From an uncultured candidate division Zixibacteria bacterium (GTDB lineage: Bacteria; Zixibacteria; MSB-5A5; UBA10806), in NCBI GenBank assembly GCA_963801605.1, contig CAWDFP010000007.1, positions 256,001 through 320,000 of the forward strand: DNA of 64,000 bases. The letters are read 5' to 3'. Shown piece by piece: positions 58,367-64,000 of the stretch. The position numbers were made by a program, and so were the translations under genes. Every line of letters starts with the position of its first letter. The first letter of the stretch is position 1. The notes beneath the pieces were generated by a model. That model was not told the DNA's origin and did no database searches. It saw only the letters and a list, made by a program, of their open reading frames with translations.

Positions 58367-59365
58367 ATGAGTCGTAAGTTATTAAAAGAGCTTCGTATAA
58401 ACCTCCCGAATCTACCTACAACCTCGGTCGGCAGTTTCCCTAAACCGGGCTATCTCACTAAGGGACGGACCGATTTTAAACGTGGCCGAATTGGCCAAAC
58501 TGATCTCGCCTCTTTGGAGAATCGCGCCACCAGGGAGTGGATCGATTTCCAGGAGGAAATCGGAATCGATATCCTCGTTGACGGCGAAATGTATCGCGGC
58601 GACATGGTCGCTTATTTTGCCGAACATATTCCCGGCTTCGATCCGGGCGGTTTGGTCAGATCCTACGGTAACCGTTTTTATTACAAACCGATTATTAAAG
58701 GCAAGCTATCCTACCCCGGTCCCATAACTGTCGAATGGTGGAAACGCGCCCAATCGTTAACAAAGAAACCGGTTAAAGGCATGCTCACCGGACCATATAC
58801 TATCATGGATTGGTCCTTTAACGAATTCTACGAGGATCGCGCTGCTGCTACCTTAGCCTTAGCCGAGCTTATTCGCGATGAAGTCCGTGAGCTTATCGCC
58901 GCCGGATGTAAGATCATTCAGATTGACGAACCTGCCATCAGTGTCAGGCCGGAGGAGCTTGAGATTGCCCGGCAAGGATTGGAAAAAGCTACCGACGGTC
59001 AAAAGGCGTATTTTATCACTCATATCTGTTATGGAGCTTTTGAAAAGATTTATCCTGCCATGCTGGATTTGCCGGTTCAAAATTTCGATTTGGAAATGTC
59101 CAACTCGGATCTCGATATGCTCGAGGCCTTCAAGCGTCATCCTTTTACCAAAGATATTACTTTCGGCGTTGTTGATGTTCATACTCATTTGATCGAGGAC
59201 GTCGACACCATCAAATCCCGAATTGAAAAAGCGCTGGAATATCTTCCTAAGGATGCTGTTTGGATCGATCCCGATTGCGGCCTCAAGACCCGCTCAGTCG
59301 AGGAAGCCAAAGCCAAGCTTAGCAATATCCAAACTGCGGTGAATGCTGTCAGAGCAAAGATCTAG
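58367..59365 (+). CDS. metE: Cobalamin-independent methionine synthase catalytic (C-terminal-half) subunit
   Basis: TTSVGSFPKP, DGE..RGDMV, RSYGNR, KGMLTGPYT, QIDEPA, Zn ligands HIC...E...PDCG. Confidence 0.9.
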   Translation: MSRKLLKELRINLPNLPTTSVGSFPKPGYLTKGRTDFKRGRIGQTDLASLENRATREWIDFQEEIGIDILVDGEMYRGDMVAYFAEHIPGFDPGGLVRSYGNRFYYKPIIKGKLSYPGPITVEWWKRAQSLTKKPVKGMLTGPYTIMDWSFNEFYEDRAAATLALAELIRDEVRELIAAGCKIIQIDEPAISVRPEELEIARQGLEKATDGQKAYFITHICYGAFEKIYPAMLDLPVQNFDLEMSNSDLDMLEAFKRHPFTKDITFGVVDVHTHLIEDVDTIKSRIEKALEYLPKDAVWIDPDCGLKTRSVEEAKAKLSNIQTAVNAVRAKI

Positions 59366-59366
59366 A

Positions 59367-59431
59367 GTAGGCTAAATCTCTTCGGAGATTTCACAACAGC
59401 CTGTAGCCGGGGACCCTGTGGCCCCCGTTTT
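59367..59431 (+). repeat. Two adjacent GTAG-preceded hairpins (REP-like / terminator)
   Basis: GTAGGCT-AAATCTC-TTCG-GAGATTT and GTAGCCGGGGACCCTGTGGCCCCCG-TTTT. Confidence 0.5.
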
Positions 59432-59661
59432 ATTTGTGCATGGTTAAATCAACATATTCGCCCTTATGTTATTTCTGGGTGGCATAATTTTCGATTCCAT
59501 GAAGGACGAGGAAAGCAGGTATTTATTTATTAGTGTGTCGAGGTTTTATCCACCGCAATGGGCTTGCCATGACCTGATTCAATTTATTGCCTTGCCAAAT
59601 CCACCCTCGCCCCTTAGTTTCAAGCTCGATAGTACGCGTTTTGACACCTGTGGAGGCTGTG

Positions 59662-61236
59662 ATGAAAAATAGACAAATTCTATCTTGCGTTATATTTTCA
59701 CTTTTGATTTCCTTTAACATTGCCTGGGCCGCGGATGAACTACTGTTTCCATCCAATGTTTCTCAGGCCCTCGAAAAAGCCGATTATAACCGTCCCGAAC
59801 TTGAAAAAGTTCTGAGCCATTATAAATCCCCGGCCGATTCGCTAAAACTGCGAGCTGCCTATTACCTCATTGGCAATATGGATGGCCACAGTTATATGCT
59901 GTTCGGTTTATATGACAGTACTAAAACCGAGGTGGCTTTCAACGTGCTCGATTATCCCAATTATGATTCCCTGCTTGCAGCCTGGCCTAAAATCGAGGCG
60001 GCTCATCCGGGGCTCGATTTCGATAAAAAAGAAAACACCGAGGATCTCAAAGCTATCAAATCTGATTTTCTAATAAAACAAATCGATCTGGCCTTCCAGG
60101 CCTGGCAGGAAAAGCCCTGGGCAAGCACCCTGACATTCGATCAGTTCTGCGAATATGTCCTCCCTTACCGCGGCAGTAACGAACCGCTCGAGGATTGGCG
60201 CACAACGTTCTATGATAAATATAAAGGCCTTGAAAGTAAGATGGCCAATCCCGTCGATCCTGTCGAGGCCGCCAGGCTGATTAACAACGATGTTAAAACT
60301 TATTTTACTTTCGATCCAAGGTTTTACTATCACCCAACGGATGAAGGATTAACGGAGATGCTTTTCCTTCATCTCGGCCGCTGCGAAGATATGACCAATA
60401 TCGCAATCTTCGCAATGCGCGCTAACGCCCTGGCCGTTACCAGCGACTATACTCCTTTCTGGGCCAACTCCGGCAACAATCACGCCTGGAACGCCATATT
60501 GACTCCGTCCGGCAAGGTAGTGCCTTTCATGGGAGCCGAGGCCAACCCCGGCGAATACAAACTCTGGAATAAGCTCGCGAAAGTTTATCGCAAAACTTTT
60601 TCGCAGCAAAAAGACAATCTCATATTCCAGGACCGTAAGCAAAAAAAGGTGCCCGGCTGGCTGGCCGGTAAGAGCTATATCGATGTCACCTCCGATTATG
60701 TCACTACCTGCGATGTTTCCGTAAAACTCGATGAGCAAACTCCTGATTCAGTCGATATCGCTTATATCTGCGTTTTCAACGACGGTGAATGGCAGGCTAT
60801 CCAATGGGGACGGATACAAAATGGCGCTGCCACTTTTGCCGGCATGGGAACCGATATCGCTTACCTTCCGGCTTTTTACATGAATGACAAAATCGTTCCC
60901 GCGGGCACGCCGTTTATTTTGTCGAATGATTGTAGCGTTAGAAAACTCAGTTCGGACGCGGCGAACACAAAATCCGTCCAGCTTTATTCAACTACCAACA
61001 AGGTATTGGCCGTTTCAACGGATGGTGTCACTCAGACTGCCTTTACATCCGGTAAGGAATATGAGTTGTTCTTCTGGAAAAACGGTTGGCAATCATTGGG
61101 AAAAACGACGGCGGCCGATAAGCCTCTGGCATTTGAATCTGTGCCTGATGGTTCTCTTTATTGGCTGGTGGAAACTGATTCCAACAAGGAAGAGCGCATT
61201 TTCACTATCGATGATGGTAAACAGGTGTGGTGGTAA
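59662..61236 (+). CDS. Secreted transglutaminase-like domain protein
   Basis: Signal peptide; NRPELEKVL, FCEYVLPYR..NEPLEDWR, GRCEDMT (Cys), NHAWN (His). Confidence 0.82.
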   Translation: MKNRQILSCVIFSLLISFNIAWAADELLFPSNVSQALEKADYNRPELEKVLSHYKSPADSLKLRAAYYLIGNMDGHSYMLFGLYDSTKTEVAFNVLDYPNYDSLLAAWPKIEAAHPGLDFDKKENTEDLKAIKSDFLIKQIDLAFQAWQEKPWASTLTFDQFCEYVLPYRGSNEPLEDWRTTFYDKYKGLESKMANPVDPVEAARLINNDVKTYFTFDPRFYYHPTDEGLTEMLFLHLGRCEDMTNIAIFAMRANALAVTSDYTPFWANSGNNHAWNAILTPSGKVVPFMGAEANPGEYKLWNKLAKVYRKTFSQQKDNLIFQDRKQKKVPGWLAGKSYIDVTSDYVTTCDVSVKLDEQTPDSVDIAYICVFNDGEWQAIQWGRIQNGAATFAGMGTDIAYLPAFYMNDKIVPAGTPFILSNDCSVRKLSSDAANTKSVQLYSTTNKVLAVSTDGVTQTAFTSGKEYELFFWKNGWQSLGKTTAADKPLAFESVPDGSLYWLVETDSNKEERIFTIDDGKQVWW

Positions 61237-61267
61237 GGATTTTATTCCCAACAATTAAAAACATACG

Positions 61268-61297
61268 CCGAGGTTTCCTCTGAAACCTCGGTTTTTT
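61268..61297 (+). terminator. Intrinsic terminator
   Basis: CCGAGGTTTC-CTCT-GAAACCTCGG followed by T6. Confidence 0.8.
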
Positions 61298-61421
61298 ATT
61301 TTATATTAAATCATTTATGAAAATAATGATTTAGGTAAACTGTGTTTATTAAGGCCGATTGTGTAGCGGCCCGGCTTCACGCGCCATATCCTTGGCGTTT
61401 TACCGTGTCGAACTTCCCCAT

Positions 61422-61442
61422 AACTCGCAACTCGTGACTCTC
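61422..61442. repeat. Heptamer tandem repeat, same unit as 32167
   Basis: aactcgc aactcgt gactctc; 14-nt exact match to 32167-32180. Confidence 0.6.
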
Positions 61443-61443
61443 C

Positions 61444-64000
61444 TCATTCTTTCTTTTTCATCGCCAGAGGTCGAGCCGCGTCGGTTGCGGCGCCGATTTT
61501 TATTGCATAGCTTGTTTTGCGTTCGATATCGTAATCAGTGACAAAATAAACATCTAACAGCCCCCCTCGACGGTAACCGGTTTGAAGGAAATTCATTTGA
61601 TCCAAACACAGGCTCCAGCCTTCAAACCAAATCTTAAGCGCTTCGAATTGTGCATCACTTCCCTGAAAATGAACTAATAAATCAATATCACTCGATGGCA
61701 CTGCGGTGCCGGTCTTGGTGCTTCCGAACAGATACAGCCCCCTGACACCAAATCTTTCTGGCTCAAGTTGCGATGCCACATATTCGGCCATGTGTTGCCG
61801 CCAGCGCCAGTATACCTCGGATGTTGATTCTGAATATTTCCTCTTGGGCTCCGCTTTATCCTGACAGTTACGCGGCTGAGCAATCATTGCCATCGCTTCG
61901 CCAATGTCGGCGTTCATTAAAACCTGCAATACTCGCCCGCCGGTAGTAGCGGGCACATCGATCAGATGAATAATATCCATCAGATATGCAAATTCCGGAA
62001 TCATCTCCGGAAGTAAGTTGGGGGACGAAAGCAGGAATTCCTCATTGAATACACTTCCGGCGTCATCGGGATAAAGCGGCAAATATCGGATATTAGCCTC
62101 AACCAAATCCTGGAAAAAATGAGTCCCAAACGATAGATCGGGCACATAATGGCCGCTTTTCCTGGCCACCTCGATTAATACCGCGGTGTTGTTGATATCG
62201 GAATAGGTAACGCTCACTCCCAGCTTGATATCTCCCCTGCTCCCCCATCGGCCCGGTCCCATCAGAATAAATTGCCTTTTGGGAAGAAGCTTATTCAATT
62301 TGCTGACTGCTCGCCCCACGGCAATCAAAGTGGCATGATCGATTACCTCGTTGTATTTCTGTGGATCTACATAGACGATATGGGTAATATCGGGAACACG
62401 CCCATTAGAGACAAAACGGTTGGATGTGAATATTATCCTTTCCGGTGGAATATCGCGGGGAATCGGTAACGCCAGATTTTCGCCTGAGCTGCTCTGAGGA
62501 CGGCATTGCAGCAGATAGAAATCGGTCCCGTCGAATGCATATTCGATATCAACCGGCGTTTCCATCTTGTCTTCAAGCGTCTTGAGGATATTTTGCATGC
62601 GGGCCAAAAATTGCGTCCGCGAGAAAAGACCATCAAACGTGACCACCAAATCTTCAGGATTAAAATCGAGGTTAATTCCGGTGATGGACTGTAGATGATT
62701 ATCCTTTATCATCGAGAAAACCTGATTGAAGGCCGGATATTCGATTCCGCATTCCTCGATCAGTTTTGAAATTTCGAGAGTCTCGAATGAATTGGTCTCC
62801 AGATTTATAACGTCGATCTTTTTGGGAGAATAGCGGCTGATCTCTTCCGGAGTGATATTGACTCTCAGGCCCGGCTGACCTGGTGAAACTAAAATCGGAT
62901 AATCATCGCCCAGCCTGTCGACCGCGCGCGTGCCCAATCCCGGTACCAAACGCACCAGGCCGTCCTCGCGCTTGATACGCGGCGACCAGCGAAATTCGTT
63001 TTTGCTGAATGCCACCCCGGCATAGGCGGGCAGGAAATATTTCCCGACATACCGCCCCACCACTTCCTGAATCATGATTCCCATCTCTTCATGAAAATCA
63101 AGCAGGCCGCGCTCGGCGCGATACTCGATCGGATCGGGACCGAACACCGAGGCGTAAACCTCGGCGATGGCATCGAGAAGCGCGCCCAGACGCTCTTCCT
63201 TGAATCCCTGGTTGGCTAAGAATAAGCTCTTATATTTACCCGAGAAAGCCGCGCCGCTTCTATCTTCAAGAAGGCTCGAGCTCCTTACGATCAATGGCCT
63301 GTCTCCGAAATCATCGAGCGCCATCGAAAGCCCCTGAACCATTTCGACCGGAAACGTTGCATTCTTGAAAGTTTGCACGATATTGGGATATTCAACCCTG
63401 ACCTGAGAAATTTCCTTGTACTTTTGTTCGACAACTTCCTCGAAATTATTGACATTAACAAATGTCAATATCGCATCCGATGTGATATACCAGGTTTTGG
63501 GGACTTTGAAATCACCGATTAAAGCCTGGTCTTTGACAGTTTTCCTCAAAATCTGAGTCGCCAAAAATAATCCGGCGCTTTTCCCTCCAAGTTTGCCATA
63601 GCTGTCGGGAGTGAATACCACCTTCTGAACCAGATCGAAAAAGTCGCCCACGTCGATATATCTTTTGGCGATATTGATATATTCAAGCTGCTCCGAAAAG
63701 AATCGTCGAATCAGGGTGCCCAATACGCCGTCCTTAGTGGGTGACGGAATTTCGGCGCCGTCCGGCGAAATGCTGTGATAGCGGTTTATGGCCTCGACCA
63801 GATCGGCGATTGGCTTGTTAAGATCCACTACCGCCTTTAGCAGGAAACTGAGTTTATCCTGCTGAATCCATCTCTGGATAAAATTAAGAATTTCATCGGG
63901 AGTCAGATGATCGGCTGCAATCTTGAAAGTTTCATCGCTCAAAAATTCATTGGGTACAAGCGGCGCCCGCTTTCTATACGGTACGTTTCTATCGAGCAGG
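61444..64000 (-). CDS. PEP/pyruvate-binding (PPDK_N-like ATP-grasp) protein fused to a C-terminal nucleotidyltransferase domain (5' end beyond window)
   Basis: GKLGGKSAGL, IVRSSSLLED, FSGKY, GLGTRAV, DIEYA, LLQCRP, GPGRWGS, GTHFF; C-terminal LFGS-x10-DIDL; frame open to the window end. Confidence 0.85.
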   Translation of the reverse strand, partial: LLDRNVPYRKRAPLVPNEFLSDETFKIAADHLTPDEILNFIQRWIQQDKLSFLLKAVVDLNKPIADLVEAINRYHSISPDGAEIPSPTKDGVLGTLIRRFFSEQLEYINIAKRYIDVGDFFDLVQKVVFTPDSYGKLGGKSAGLFLATQILRKTVKDQALIGDFKVPKTWYITSDAILTFVNVNNFEEVVEQKYKEISQVRVEYPNIVQTFKNATFPVEMVQGLSMALDDFGDRPLIVRSSSLLEDRSGAAFSGKYKSLFLANQGFKEERLGALLDAIAEVYASVFGPDPIEYRAERGLLDFHEEMGIMIQEVVGRYVGKYFLPAYAGVAFSKNEFRWSPRIKREDGLVRLVPGLGTRAVDRLGDDYPILVSPGQPGLRVNITPEEISRYSPKKIDVINLETNSFETLEISKLIEECGIEYPAFNQVFSMIKDNHLQSITGINLDFNPEDLVVTFDGLFSRTQFLARMQNILKTLEDKMETPVDIEYAFDGTDFYLLQCRPQSSSGENLALPIPRDIPPERIIFTSNRFVSNGRVPDITHIVYVDPQKYNEVIDHATLIAVGRAVSKLNKLLPKRQFILMGPGRWGSRGDIKLGVSVTYSDINNTAVLIEVARKSGHYVPDLSFGTHFFQDLVEANIRYLPLYPDDAGSVFNEEFLLSSPNLLPEMIPEFAYLMDIIHLIDVPATTGGRVLQVLMNADIGEAMAMIAQPRNCQDKAEPKRKYSESTSEVYWRWRQHMAEYVASQLEPERFGVRGLYLFGSTKTGTAVPSSDIDLLVHFQGSDAQFEALKIWFEGWSLCLDQMNFLQTGYRRGGLLDVYFVTDYDIERKTSYAIKIGAATDAARPLAMKKKE

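Overview
Bacterial chromosomal window with no rRNA, tRNA, CRISPR array, integrase or transposase recognisable by eye. It is rich in signal-peptide proteins ending in either a FlgD/T9SS type-A-like C-terminal domain (xNYPNPFN...SGVY, 7 genes, including M14, C25, S8 and M4/M36 peptidases) or a Cys-rich dockerin-like domain (3 genes plus a remnant). That repertoire suggests an FCB-related lineage such as candidate Zixibacteria (inference only). Housekeeping content includes ligA, malic enzyme, a split MetE pair, a squalene synthase-like gene, a Yip1-TolC-adaptor-ABC (MacAB-like) operon and two GWxTD proteins. About ten genes, including ligA, are split by apparent indels that are probably sequencing errors. 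Most interesting signals: (1) a sigma54-like promoter followed by a ~157-nt four-way-junction RNA leader upstream of an orphan ECF sigma factor; (2) a 140-bp att-like direct repeat of that sigma gene's 3' end flanking an LVIVD-repeat gene; (3) a deletion scar of a third dockerin-protein paralog; (4) an unannotated 58-aa membrane protein coupled between two ABC permeases; (5) a stand-alone PolX lyase/HhH domain coupled to ligA; (6) an RNase HI-like protein lacking most catalytic residues behind a sigma54 promoter; (7) several apparently leaderless genes.
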